A stretch of 64,000 nt of DNA, taken from an uncultured bacterium (GTDB lineage Bacteria > Cyanobacteriota > Cyanobacteriia > Cyanobacteriales > Xenococcaceae). Shown here in pieces: positions 39,532 through 50,267 of this stretch. Location of the stretch: positions 31,586-95,585 of the forward strand of contig CAZLUP010000003.1 of the NCBI GenBank assembly GCA_964562685.1, written 5' to 3'. The position numbers and the translations under genes are program-made. Each line of letters starts with the position of its first letter. The stretch's first letter is position 1. A model generated the notes under the pieces. It searched no databases. It saw only the letters and a list, made by a program, of their open reading frames with translations, and had not been told where the DNA came from.

Positions 39532-42210
39532 CTAGATAGAAGCTTGAAGCACTTCAAAAAGCTCGTAAATATATTTTGTTGGTAAAAATCTTGACATATC
39601 TTCTAATAGTTGAAACCATAAAATAGACCCTTGATGTTTATTAAGAGAATCCCAAGGTTTAGGACGATCTAGTAAATGGATAATTAAACTTTGATCAGAA
39701 AACATCAATTCATCAAATGTTCTTTGGTCATAAGGAGGATAAAAATCATTAAATCGAGGAGATAAATCGGCAATTTGACCATCAAATGCTATATTCAAAG
39801 CACACTGATCATGGTAAAGAAGTTTATGTCCCTCTTCTACAGCAACTCTAACTGCTTGATTTAATAAATTAGTTAATTTAGGATGAGTTGAATCAAAAGC
39901 AATGACTCCAGAATTATAGTATTTTTTACTTTCTAAGTTATTAATTTTAATTGCCTCTTCTATTTCAGACTTTGGTCTTTCTCTACGAGCTGCAATTGGA
40001 TAACCATTAAAATCTAGATAATCTATTTCTTCAAGAGAATCAAGAATAATAGTATCTGAATCTATGTATAACCACCGAGAGTTAGAGCAAATATCATTCA
40101 ATACTTGACCAAAAAATAATCTATAATAAGCTGTTCTTGAAAGAGAATCTCCTCCAGTAAAAACACCATAACCAGTAGTGAGTTTATAATCACTAAGCCC
40201 TTTGACTAAAGATTCAATATCTATAAATTCGATTATTAAATTTAAATTTCTAGCTAAAACTTGATAAGGTTCTTTAATCAATTTTAGAGTTCGGTTATCG
40301 GCTACAACATAAATTGGGTTGTTACCTAGTTTATGTTTATTATGTTTATGCAGTGAAAATATTGATACTAAAGTTGGTAGACTATAAGCTTTGTCTGTAC
40401 AATAAAATATTTTTGTTTTAATTAATTCTAATTGAGAAAGTTGCTCATAAAAAATATTTTCTTTTAATCTTAATCTGTTTTCATAAATAATTAAATCTCT
40501 TGATAATGAGTTATCTTGTTTCATTAAAGAGATACATTGTCTGGCTTGACTTATTGGTTCTATTAATTGTTCAAGCAGAGCAGTTTTTATTAATAAAAAA
40601 TTCGCCCTAGTTTCTTGATTATCTATATAGTTTTCTATAACATTTAAAGCTTCTTTAAATTTTTTGCTTTTACGAACAACTTTAATAAATAAATTATGAT
40701 TGTGTACGTTTGTAGGTTCTTTAAAAATTGCTTCTGTTGCAAAATCAAAAGCTTTTTCCCATTCTCCCAATTCGCAAAATAATTTAGCTACAGCTTGATA
40801 ATAAGAATTAGGCGGGACGGTGATTGTTTGCAACTTATTAAAATAATCTTGAGCTTTATCTAAATTTCCTGAATAGCAATATAACTCTAGTAATCTAACT
40901 TTAACTTCTTCGTTATTAGGACAAATCGCTAAAGCTTGTTCAAGCATTTGAGCGGATTTATCCCAATCTCGTTTTGCTAAATATGCGTGTGCTGCTGCAA
41001 AGATAATATCAAAATCTTCTCCAAAAAAGCTTAAAGCTTGATTAAAAATTATTTCTGCTTGTTCAATTTTTTTATCTTCAATGTAAGAATATCCTAAACT
41101 AATATAAGACCATTTATTCTCTGGTTGACGCTCAATAGCTTTGCACCAATTAACTTGTGCTACTGATTTATTTCCTTGTTTTTTTTGTAATTCAGCTAAA
41201 CCAAGATAACCAAGAGCGTTATTAGGATCAATTTCAATGATTTTATTAAAACAAGCTTGAGCTTGTTGATATTCATTAATACTTTGGTAAGACTTTCCTA
41301 ATAAATGCCAGCACCATAAATTGCGATCATCTATATTTATTGCTTTTTCAAAAGATAAAATTGCTTCTTTAATTTTTGATTGATGAAAGTAAACTTCTCC
41401 CAGACAAATTAAAAGCCAAAATTTATCACCGAATTGTTGATTTACTGTTAGTAGAGTTTGTTCCGCATCAGAATATCTTTTTAATCTGAATAAGCATTCT
41501 CCTTTACGTAGCATGGCATGATAATGTTCAGGATTAAGAGCTAATGACTGTTCATACATAGTCAAAGCTTTTTGAAAATTCTTATTTTCAAAAATATCGT
41601 CAGCTTTTTTGAGAATTATTTCAAATGATTCTGAGGTAAAATACTTTTTAACAAGTTGAAAATTAGGTTCTATTTCTATGACTTTGAGGAAAAAATTATT
41701 GGCTTCATCTAGTTTGGATAACCTTTCATAAAGTTGACCAAGGCGATAATAAGCCCAATGAAAATTTTCATTCAAATTAATGACTTTGAGAAAATGTTTT
41801 TCAGCTAAATCTAGCTGATTCTGTTCCAACAAAATTTCTCCAAGCTTTTGATGAATTAAAAAATCATCTGGGTTAAGAGTTAATGCTTGTTGGTAAGCAT
41901 CAATTGCTTCAGCTATTTTACCTTGTTGGGCAAAGAAAAGTCCTAATCCATAATGACCCCAGTGAAAATCAGATTCAAGTACGACTGATTTATAAAAATT
42001 CTCGTAAGCTTCTGATGAATTTCCTTGTTCTAGAAAAGCTACTCCCAACTTAAAATAAATAGTAGCGGAATCAGGATGGTAGTATAAGCCTTGTTGATAA
42101 ATTTCAATAGCTTGTTGTATATTTCCTTCTTTTAAGAATGATGCTCCTCGGTCTAAGCATTCTTGGACTGATAATTCTTGAGACTGTTGGCTAATATTTG
42201 TTACGGTCAT
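39532..42210 (-). CDS. TPR array fused to a C-terminal GT8 glycosyltransferase
   Basis: N-terminal ~550 aa of TPRs. GT8 motifs YIDSDTIILD (DxD), YYNSGVIAFD, HDQCALNIAF and HLLDRPKPW. Confidence 0.8.
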   Translation of the reverse strand: MTVTNISQQSQELSVQECLDRGASFLKEGNIQQAIEIYQQGLYYHPDSATIYFKLGVAFLEQGNSSEAYENFYKSVVLESDFHWGHYGLGLFFAQQGKIAEAIDAYQQALTLNPDDFLIHQKLGEILLEQNQLDLAEKHFLKVINLNENFHWAYYRLGQLYERLSKLDEANNFFLKVIEIEPNFQLVKKYFTSESFEIILKKADDIFENKNFQKALTMYEQSLALNPEHYHAMLRKGECLFRLKRYSDAEQTLLTVNQQFGDKFWLLICLGEVYFHQSKIKEAILSFEKAINIDDRNLWCWHLLGKSYQSINEYQQAQACFNKIIEIDPNNALGYLGLAELQKKQGNKSVAQVNWCKAIERQPENKWSYISLGYSYIEDKKIEQAEIIFNQALSFFGEDFDIIFAAAHAYLAKRDWDKSAQMLEQALAICPNNEEVKVRLLELYCYSGNLDKAQDYFNKLQTITVPPNSYYQAVAKLFCELGEWEKAFDFATEAIFKEPTNVHNHNLFIKVVRKSKKFKEALNVIENYIDNQETRANFLLIKTALLEQLIEPISQARQCISLMKQDNSLSRDLIIYENRLRLKENIFYEQLSQLELIKTKIFYCTDKAYSLPTLVSIFSLHKHNKHKLGNNPIYVVADNRTLKLIKEPYQVLARNLNLIIEFIDIESLVKGLSDYKLTTGYGVFTGGDSLSRTAYYRLFFGQVLNDICSNSRWLYIDSDTIILDSLEEIDYLDFNGYPIAARRERPKSEIEEAIKINNLESKKYYNSGVIAFDSTHPKLTNLLNQAVRVAVEEGHKLLYHDQCALNIAFDGQIADLSPRFNDFYPPYDQRTFDELMFSDQSLIIHLLDRPKPWDSLNKHQGSILWFQLLEDMSRFLPTKYIYELFEVLQASI

Positions 42211-42283
42211 AAATACAAGTTGAATTTGAATTAATTATTGACTTTGAAATAGTTATATATATTTAAATAATTAAAATTTATAA

Positions 42284-45200
42284 TTAAATCATCAAAAACT
42301 TTTTTAAAGAAGCTTTTACTACTTCACAACTATAGGGAATAAGTGCTTCTTGAGATTTTGTTGCTAGCTGATTCCAAATATTTTCATCTTGATAAAGTCT
42401 TAAAATTTGATTAGCAAATTCCTCAGTATTATTTGCTTCTAAAATATTTTCTTCGTGGATTAGATTCATTCCTTCTATCCCAATAGAAGTAGAGACAATT
42501 GGCAAGCCGTATTCCAAACTTTGTCCAATTTTTCCTTTCATTCCTGCGCCATATCTTAAAGGAGAAACAAACACTTTATGGCTTAAAAAATAGGAACTTA
42601 CATCAGAAATATATCCTGGTACAATAATGCGATCGCACTCTAAGTTTTTTACTTCTGGAGTCGGATTACTGCCAAGTAAAGTTACTTTTACTTTTGGTAT
42701 TTTTTCCCATACCAATGGCATAATTTCTTCACACAACCATAACACAGCATCTACGTTGGGGGGATGAGTGTAACTACCAATAAATAAAATATTTTCTCTA
42801 CTATGAAAATCTCTAGTTTCACCTAAATAAGGAGTATGAATATTGGGAATAACTGCTACATTAGAAACGCCTTGCTGTTTTAGTATTTCTTTTTCTACAG
42901 AAGTAACTGTAATAGTCAAATCTGCTTGGTGAGAAATGGTTAATTCCCTGGCTTGCATATTGATCCATTCAGTTGCTGCTTGCATATTTTTTTCTGGAGA
43001 TAATTCCCAAGCACGTTTCATTCTCAAATAATGTAAATCGATAGTGTCGTAGATAATTTTGATATCTGGTTGTTGCCGAATAATTGGGATATATTTTTCG
43101 TTAAGTTCGGGGCGACAAATCCAGGCAAAATCTACTAGAGGTAATCTAGCTTTGATCTGTTCTTCAGGAGTCGTTCCATAACCATCTTGAGTGTAGAGGA
43201 CTTCAATTTGAAGATTTTGTAAAATCGAGGTATAGGGTTCGTCTTTGACACCATTATCGGCTGTAAAGATAACGTGATAGTTAAGTTCTTTAAAGATAGT
43301 TAGAAGATGAAATAGGCGTTTTGAGCCTGATTCTTTGTCATAGCAAGGCATATAACTGTCTATGACTAAAATAGTTTTTTGTCCTGAGTATTTTCTTGCC
43401 GTTTGAGGCACATTTTCAGCACCTTGATTGGGTTGATAAAGTTCCGTTGCTAAGACTGATTGCCATTTTTGTTTAAATTTAGCTGCATTGATGACTTGAT
43501 ATTTTTTAGTACCGCTATGGGTAGAAGTTCCTGATGTGATGCCTTCATAATGTACTACTTCAGACTTTGGTTGATACATTACTTTTAAGCCTAAGCGATG
43601 ACGAATTGCAAAGCATAAGTCAGTATCTTCGTAGTAAGCAGGAGCAAAATCGGTTTCAAAGCCTTTTAAAGCTTCAAAAGTCGCTTTTTTAACCATTAAA
43701 CTTGCTCCCGAACAATAATCTACCTCCCGCAAGTAATTATATTGAGGGTCATGAGGATTATCGTTTCTGCCATAATTCCAACCAGAAGCATCCTGCCAAA
43801 TAATACCGCCAGCTTCTTGAAGAGAGCCTTGAGGATAAACTAGTTTTGAGCCTACTGCGCCTACCTGTTCGTCTTGGAGGAAGACATCAATTAAACTTTC
43901 AATACAGTTGGGGCGAATTTCTGTATCATTATTGAGGAAGTAAAGGTATTCACCTTTAGCTACTGCTGCACCTTTATTGCAAGAATGAATAAAGCCTAAA
44001 TTCTGATTATTATCAATCAAAATTAAGCCTTCAATCTCGCTTAACGTCTCTTGAGTCTTGTCTTGAGAACAGTCATTAATAACGATAACTTCAACTAAAG
44101 TAGTTGCTTGGATGTTTTTGACTAAGGCTTGTAAACATTGAAGAGTGTATTGAAGTTGGTTGTAGACGGGAATAATAATTGAAACCGTAGGGCAATCATT
44201 GTGAGGTAAAACTATAACTGATTGAATAGTGATAGCTTGATTCACTTCGGATGATGGTTGAGGATCACCAGTTACCAGGGATTCAAGAATTTTCTTGACA
44301 TCGGTTTGGGGATTTTGTTTGAGTAAAGTATTGTCTAATCGAATCGAAGCTTCCAAGTTGCGCGGTTGAACTTGCATTGCCATTTGATAGGCGATAACTG
44401 CTTCATCTAATTTTTCTTGCTTGACTAGAGCATTACCTAAACCAATATAAAGTTCTGCATTATATTTATCGATTGCTAATGCTTGATGATAGTTATGAGG
44501 TTCATCAGGATTTTTAGCGATCGCTTGGCGATAACATTGAAGTGCTAATTCGCGATCTTTTTGAATTCTTTGATAAAGAGCATCGCCTAATTTATTTTGA
44601 ATTTTTGGTAAATCTGAGTTGAGTGTAACTACCGACTGATAAGCGGTGATTGCTTCATTCCAAAGTTTGATTTTACTACAAGCTTCTCCTAGGTTGTAAT
44701 GTGACCAAACAAATTCGGGATTCAGTTTAACTGACTGACGAAGAGCATCAACGGCTTCTTGCCATTGTTCGATTTGAATTAGAGCGTATCCTAAATTATT
44801 GTGTGACCAAGAAAAATCTGGATTAATTTTAATTGCCTGACGATAAGCTTCAATTGCTTCATGCCATTTTTTTTGTTTGGTTAAAGCTTCGCCCCAATAA
44901 TGATAGGCTTCCCAGTAATTAGGCTCTAGTTGAATAGCTGCTCGATAATGATCGCTGGCTTTTTGCCATTGTTGTTGTTCAAAGCAAGCTTGAGCAATCT
45001 GATAATGTAGTGGGGCATAATTAGGACTGTTTTTCAGTCCTTGTTGATAACAATTGAGTGCTTGTTGTTTTTGTCCTGCTAAATTAAGTAACTCGCCAAG
45101 ACGCAGATAAGCCTCTCCTAAAGATGGTTGCAATTGAATTGCCTGGCGATAAAGTGCGATCGCTTTGTCAGATTTTCTTTGTTTTAATAACTGATTGCCT

Positions 45201-46723
45201 AATTGTAAATATTCTTCTGCTTTAATTTTTTCAGGTTCTAACTGAATTGCTCGCAACCAATAAGAAATTGCTTTGTTTTCTTCTCCTGACTGGGTTAAAG
45301 CTCTAGCTAAATTACGATAAGCTCCAGCAAAATTAGGATTGAGTTGGATTGCTTTTTGATAATGAGCGACTGCTTTTTGCCATTGTTTTTGTTCTGCATA
45401 GATACTAGCTACATTAGCTTGCGCTTCAGCCGAGTGAGGATTTTGCTCTGCTTTTTGTAAATATTGTTGTAATTTTGAATCAGGGTTTTGGGCTGAGGAA
45501 ATTTGTAATTGTTCTGGACTATGGTGAGAATTTAAAAATTTTTGTTGAATCGGATTAACTGTTAATTGATGAGGATTATTTTTAAGTTCTAAAACTCGCT
45601 GATAATATTTGCTAGCTTGTTGCCATTCGCCCAGTTGTTCTAAGGTGATAGCTAATTTTTGATGAGCTTCAATGGAAGTAGGAGCTAGTTCAATTGCATG
45701 GGAATACTGCTGAAGAGCCTCTTGAAATTTACCTATTTTAAGTAATTGTTCACCCAACTGAAAATGTTGTTGAAAAGCTAACTCGGGTTTGGCTTGTAAT
45801 TGAATTGCTAATTGATTATATTCTCTAACTTTATCTTGGTTGCCTAAATGTTCCCAAACTTTGGCTAAATGCTTATAAACACCAGGAAAATCAGGTTTAA
45901 AAACCAAGGCTTTTTGATAATAATTAAGTGCTAGTTGCCATTGTTGCTTGCTTGCATAAAGAGTACCTAAATTAGCATAAATTTCTGCTAAATCAGGACG
46001 TAATTCTAAAGCTTTAGCATAACAACCAATTGCCTCAGTTGTATTACCAATTCTTTGATAAGCATTACCTAAAAGTTTATAAGCTTCTACTATAGTTGGA
46101 TTGATTTTGAGAGCATTGTGACAAGCTTTAATTACTTCTTCCCATTGCTGATTTTCCCAGTAAATTGTTGCTTGTTCGAGATAAACTTGCGCTACTTCTA
46201 ATTTAGGCATCAAAATTTGAGTATTAGCAGTTATAGCTACTTGAGCTAAGTGGCAGGTACTCCCGAGTTCAACTCGGGAGACGGCACGCATCGGTGTTCC
46301 TCGGTCAGTTTTAGAAGATTGATGTGTCGGCATTTGCTGATATTGAGGTGTAAAATTTTGCCAACTAAAACTAGGCGCAGGTAACTGAATAAATTCAGGT
46401 TGTCTATCTTCGTTTTCAGATTTGATTTGTCTAGGTTTCATTTGAGAAATTGTTGGTGTAAACTTAGCTCGATTTACTTTTAAATTGATAGCATTCAAAT
46501 AATGAGCGATCGCCTCAGTGAAATTACCTTGTTGTCTTAAAATTATTGCTAATTTTTCATGAGTTTCAAGTGAATTGGGTTGAGATTTTAAGACTTGTCG
46601 ATATCCATAAACTGCTTCGTTTAAATTACCAAATCCCCAAAAATCAGTAGTTTGTTCAAACTTGATTGAAGCTAACTCTGAATTAGAAAAACTTACGAAA
46701 CTAGTTGTCGAATCTTCAGACAT
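42284..46723 (-). CDS. giant TPR array + GT2 + GT4-like (GT-B) triple-module glycosyltransferase
   Basis: TPRs to about aa 800. GT2 motifs [24 protein letters not shown] and [10 protein letters not shown]-terminal GT-B motifs [13 protein letters not shown]...[28 protein letters not shown]. Confidence 0.8.
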   Translation of the reverse strand: MSEDSTTSFVSFSNSELASIKFEQTTDFWGFGNLNEAVYGYRQVLKSQPNSLETHEKLAIILRQQGNFTEAIAHYLNAINLKVNRAKFTPTISQMKPRQIKSENEDRQPEFIQLPAPSFSWQNFTPQYQQMPTHQSSKTDRGTPMRAVSRVELGSTCHLAQVAITANTQILMPKLEVAQVYLEQATIYWENQQWEEVIKACHNALKINPTIVEAYKLLGNAYQRIGNTTEAIGCYAKALELRPDLAEIYANLGTLYASKQQWQLALNYYQKALVFKPDFPGVYKHLAKVWEHLGNQDKVREYNQLAIQLQAKPELAFQQHFQLGEQLLKIGKFQEALQQYSHAIELAPTSIEAHQKLAITLEQLGEWQQASKYYQRVLELKNNPHQLTVNPIQQKFLNSHHSPEQLQISSAQNPDSKLQQYLQKAEQNPHSAEAQANVASIYAEQKQWQKAVAHYQKAIQLNPNFAGAYRNLARALTQSGEENKAISYWLRAIQLEPEKIKAEEYLQLGNQLLKQRKSDKAIALYRQAIQLQPSLGEAYLRLGELLNLAGQKQQALNCYQQGLKNSPNYAPLHYQIAQACFEQQQWQKASDHYRAAIQLEPNYWEAYHYWGEALTKQKKWHEAIEAYRQAIKINPDFSWSHNNLGYALIQIEQWQEAVDALRQSVKLNPEFVWSHYNLGEACSKIKLWNEAITAYQSVVTLNSDLPKIQNKLGDALYQRIQKDRELALQCYRQAIAKNPDEPHNYHQALAIDKYNAELYIGLGNALVKQEKLDEAVIAYQMAMQVQPRNLEASIRLDNTLLKQNPQTDVKKILESLVTGDPQPSSEVNQAITIQSVIVLPHNDCPTVSIIIPVYNQLQYTLQCLQALVKNIQATTLVEVIVINDCSQDKTQETLSEIEGLILIDNNQNLGFIHSCNKGAAVAKGEYLYFLNNDTEIRPNCIESLIDVFLQDEQVGAVGSKLVYPQGSLQEAGGIIWQDASGWNYGRNDNPHDPQYNYLREVDYCSGASLMVKKATFEALKGFETDFAPAYYEDTDLCFAIRHRLGLKVMYQPKSEVVHYEGITSGTSTHSGTKKYQVINAAKFKQKWQSVLATELYQPNQGAENVPQTARKYSGQKTILVIDSYMPCYDKESGSKRLFHLLTIFKELNYHVIFTADNGVKDEPYTSILQNLQIEVLYTQDGYGTTPEEQIKARLPLVDFAWICRPELNEKYIPIIRQQPDIKIIYDTIDLHYLRMKRAWELSPEKNMQAATEWINMQARELTISHQADLTITVTSVEKEILKQQGVSNVAVIPNIHTPYLGETRDFHSRENILFIGSYTHPPNVDAVLWLCEEIMPLVWEKIPKVKVTLLGSNPTPEVKNLECDRIIVPGYISDVSSYFLSHKVFVSPLRYGAGMKGKIGQSLEYGLPIVSTSIGIEGMNLIHEENILEANNTEEFANQILRLYQDENIWNQLATKSQEALIPYSCEVVKASLKKFLMI
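46254..46287. repeat. short copy of the palindromic mini-element, opposite orientation, in-frame in the TPR-GT2-GT4 gene
   Basis: CAGGTACTCC CGAGTTCAACTCG GGAGACGGCAC. Its reverse complement has the same termini as 34470-34557. Translated as part of [11 protein letters not shown]. Confidence 0.6.
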
Positions 46724-47087
46724 TAGAGTTAATCAAGAAAATAATAATAAATAAATTTAAAAATCTAAATTATTTAACAATACTAAAATATCAATTGTTT
46801 TAATAATATTCAAGCTTTATTTTTTCTGTTTTTTTAATTAATTAATTTTACGTAAATAGTGTTTATACTAATAATCTAAATTTGACCCAATACTTTTGAA
46901 AAAAAATATTGTTTTTGACATAGCTATTAAAGCTGAAAAATATTCATCTAATTACTTTTCAACTGCTTAGAACACAAATATAATTAATAAAATATAAAAT
47001 AAGCTAGCTTGAAATTTAGCTAGCTGACCTGAGTAAAAATATTTAATTGTATTTGTTAACTAATTAACAACTTCCTCTAGTTATAAA

Positions 47088-48155
47088 CTAGGAATAAACT
47101 TGTTGATAATAACTTTGATACTCTGGAGACAGTAAAGGTTGCCACCAAGAACGATTATTTAAGTACCATACCACTGTTTGACGTAAACCTTCTTGTACAG
47201 TGACTTGAGGGGTCCAACCTAATTCAGTTTTAATTTTAGTAGCATCGATCGCATACCTACGGTCGTGTCCTGGTCGATCTTTAACAAAGCTTATTAGTTT
47301 TTGCGCGGGAGTAACGGGTAATTCTGAGGCAAGTTCATCCATCAAATCGCAAATTTGCTGAACTAATTCTATATTTTTGACTTCGTTATTTCCACCAATA
47401 TTGTATGTTTCTCCTGGTGTACCACGATTGATGACGACATCTAAAGCACGACAATGATCTTCAACATACAACCAATCTCGAATATTTTGACCATCTCCAT
47501 ACACTGGCAGAGGTTTACCAAGCAGTATATTAATACACATTAAAGGAATGAGCTTTTCAGGAAAATGATAAGGACCATAATTATTGGAGCAATTGGTAAT
47601 TATCGTAGGCATTCCGTAGGTATGATAGTAAGCACGAGCAAGATGATCGCTACCTGCTTTTGATGCTGAATAGGGACTGTTAGGTGCATAGGGAGTAGTT
47701 TCAGAGAAGGCTGGGTCGTCTGGTGCTAAACTTCCATAAACTTCATCTGTAGAAACATTAAGAAAACGATAATTTAAAGGCTTTCCCTGCTCTTGCCATC
47801 TCTTACGAAAAGATTCGAGTAGAGTGAATGTGCCAACCACATTGGTTTCTATAAAAGCACCAGGACCTAAAATTGAACGATCCACATGAGATTCAGCAGC
47901 AAAATGGGCAATTGTATCAATTTGTTCTTCTTGAAGCAGTCGGTCAATTAAGTCGCGATCGCAAATATTACCATGAACAAAACGTAGGTTAGCCTTACCT
48001 TCTAAAGTAGCAAGATTTTGGCGATTTCCTGCATAGGTAAGAGCGTCTAAAACTACAACACGGTCGCTTTTATACGTTTTGCACCAATGATGGACAAAAT
48101 TAGAGCCAATAAAACCAGCCCCACCAGTTATTAGTATGTTTCGAGATTGATTCAT
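47088..48155 (-). CDS. rfbB: dTDP-glucose 4,6-dehydratase
   Basis: [14 protein letters not shown] Rossmann motif, YSASKAGSD (YxxxK) and typical length. Confidence 0.9.
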   Translation of the reverse strand: MNQSRNILITGGAGFIGSNFVHHWCKTYKSDRVVVLDALTYAGNRQNLATLEGKANLRFVHGNICDRDLIDRLLQEEQIDTIAHFAAESHVDRSILGPGAFIETNVVGTFTLLESFRKRWQEQGKPLNYRFLNVSTDEVYGSLAPDDPAFSETTPYAPNSPYSASKAGSDHLARAYYHTYGMPTIITNCSNNYGPYHFPEKLIPLMCINILLGKPLPVYGDGQNIRDWLYVEDHCRALDVVINRGTPGETYNIGGNNEVKNIELVQQICDLMDELASELPVTPAQKLISFVKDRPGHDRRYAIDATKIKTELGWTPQVTVQEGLRQTVVWYLNNRSWWQPLLSPEYQSYYQQVYS

Positions 48156-48265
48156 TTAGTTATCGGTCATTAGTTATTGGTTATTAGAATAGCTCTTAGC
48201 GAGCTAGCTAATGGCTAACAGCTTATAGCTTTTAAAAGACAAAGGACAAACAACCAAGGAACAAT

Positions 48266-49339
48266 TTAAGCTAATTCAATTTGAGAATCATCTCCAATCA
48301 TGAATCTCAGTGCTATAGGACGTTGGGGTGTAACTTTTAATTGCACTCTAGCACCAATCAGGCTGTCGACAATTCGTTGTTGAATTCCAATTACCTTAGC
48401 TTCAGTTAAAATTACACTATGTTCAATTTCGGTATCAATGATAGTAGCGCGATCGGCAATACTACTATAAGGTCCGATAAAACAGTTTTCAATTTGACAA
48501 TTCTCACCAATAGTTACGGGACCGCGAATCGTACTATTAATGATCCGAGAACCTTTACCTATATGAACTCTACCACTGATTTTGCTGTTAGAATCAACTT
48601 CTCCAGCCATAGTTGAGTCAAGGCAGGTATCTAAAATAATTTGATTGGCTGCGAGTAGATCATCTTTTTTCCCAGTATCTAGCCACCAACCTTGTAACTG
48701 GAAAGATTCAACATTTTTCTGACTTTCGATCAAATACTGAATTGCATCAGTAATCTCTAATTCTCCTCTAGGGGAAGGTTTAATATTTGCGATCGCTTCA
48801 TGAATGGCAGGAGAAAATAAATATACTCCTACTAATGCCAGATTAGAAGGAGGAACTTTCGGTTTTTCAATTAGTTCTAACACTTTCCCCTGTTCATCAA
48901 CTCTAGCTACCCCAAAAGCAGTAGGGTTTTCAACTTCACAAAGTAAAGTTAAGGCATCTAGATGTTTAGATTTAAATTTATCTAAAAATAAATCTAACTG
49001 ACTTTGAACTAGATTATCTCCCAGATACATGACAAAAGGAGAATCTTCGAGAAAAGGTCGGGCAATCTTGACGGCGTGAGCTAAACCCAAAGGTTGGTCT
49101 TGTAAGATATAGGTAATTTTAGCTCCAAAGCGATCGCCATTGCCTGTTTTTGCTTTAACTTCCGCACCTGTTTCTGGACTAATAATAATACCAATATCGG
49201 TGATGCCAGCAGCAATAATTGATTCAATACCGTACCAAAGAATCGGTTTATTAGCGACAGGGACAAGTTGTTTAGCACCAGTGTACGTCAAAGGACGTAA
49301 GCGAGTACCTTTACCACCAGAGAGAATGAGTGCTTTCAT
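48266..49339 (-). CDS. rfbA: glucose-1-phosphate thymidylyltransferase (long form with C-terminal left-handed beta-helix)
   Basis: LSGGKGTRLRPLT signature. C-terminal hexapeptide repeats (IGKGSRIINSTIRGPVTIGENCQIENCFIG). Confidence 0.85.
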   Translation of the reverse strand: MKALILSGGKGTRLRPLTYTGAKQLVPVANKPILWYGIESIIAAGITDIGIIISPETGAEVKAKTGNGDRFGAKITYILQDQPLGLAHAVKIARPFLEDSPFVMYLGDNLVQSQLDLFLDKFKSKHLDALTLLCEVENPTAFGVARVDEQGKVLELIEKPKVPPSNLALVGVYLFSPAIHEAIANIKPSPRGELEITDAIQYLIESQKNVESFQLQGWWLDTGKKDDLLAANQIILDTCLDSTMAGEVDSNSKISGRVHIGKGSRIINSTIRGPVTIGENCQIENCFIGPYSSIADRATIIDTEIEHSVILTEAKVIGIQQRIVDSLIGARVQLKVTPQRPIALRFMIGDDSQIELA

Positions 49340-49373
49340 GATTTGTTCCTAAATAGTAATGAATGAGATCAAA

Positions 49374-50267
49374 TTAGAGCAGCGATTGCCACTGAATCAG
49401 CATTTTATGTAAAGACTGTCGCCAATCAGGAGGATGTACACCCAAAGCTTTAGTGATTTTAGTTTTGTCAAGTACTGAATAAGCTGGACGTTCGGCAGGA
49501 GTAGGATATTGAGAAGTAGAAATTGGTATGATCTGCTTAACCTTGAGCGGAAATCCTAATTGTTTTGCCTCGGCAAAAATTGCTACAGCAAAGTCGTACC
49601 AACTAGCTACACCACTATTGGTAAAGTGATAAATTCCCGTTGGCAGAATTGAACTTCCAGCTATTTCTCTAGCAAGCATTTGAGTAATAGTTACCGCAAG
49701 ATCATAAGACCAAGTTGGACTGCCGATTTGATCGGCAACTACCCGAATTTCTTCTCGTTCTGCTCCTAGTCTCAGCATTGTTTTGACAAAGTTACCATGT
49801 CCGCGAGAACCATATACCCAGGCGGTACGGAGAATTAGATAACGGGAACAGTTATTGATAATGCCTTCTTCTCCTAACAGTTTGGATTTTCCATATATTC
49901 CAATTGGATTAGTAGCATCTTCTTCGTGATAAGGAGTATGATTGCAACCATCAAAAACATAATCTGTGGAAATATGTACCAACGTTGCCCCAATTTTTTC
50001 CGTTATTTCTGCCATTGCAGTAGGAGCAACACCATTAATGGTATTAGCCAGTTTTGCTTCAGTTTCAGCTTGATCTACTGCGGTATAGGCTGCTGCATTG
50101 ACAATAATACTGGGTTTGATTTGGCTGATTACTTCTTCAATCGACAGAGGATCGGTTAAATCTAACTGGTGACGTTTTAAGCCAATCACTTCTCCCAAAG
50201 AACTTAGAGTTTGTTGCAACTCCTGACCTACTTGTCCTGTAACTCCTGTAAGAACAATTTTACTCAT
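49374..50267 (-). CDS. rfbD: dTDP-4-dehydrorhamnose reductase
   Basis: MSKIVLTGVTGQVGQEL and YGKSKLLGE motifs. I trimmed the start to the ATG at 50267, which abuts the rfbC stop; the track ORF extends to 50345. Confidence 0.85.
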   Translation of the reverse strand: MSKIVLTGVTGQVGQELQQTLSSLGEVIGLKRHQLDLTDPLSIEEVISQIKPSIIVNAAAYTAVDQAETEAKLANTINGVAPTAMAEITEKIGATLVHISTDYVFDGCNHTPYHEEDATNPIGIYGKSKLLGEEGIINNCSRYLILRTAWVYGSRGHGNFVKTMLRLGAEREEIRVVADQIGSPTWSYDLAVTITQMLAREIAGSSILPTGIYHFTNSGVASWYDFAVAIFAEAKQLGFPLKVKQIIPISTSQYPTPAERPAYSVLDKTKITKALGVHPPDWRQSLHKMLIQWQSLL

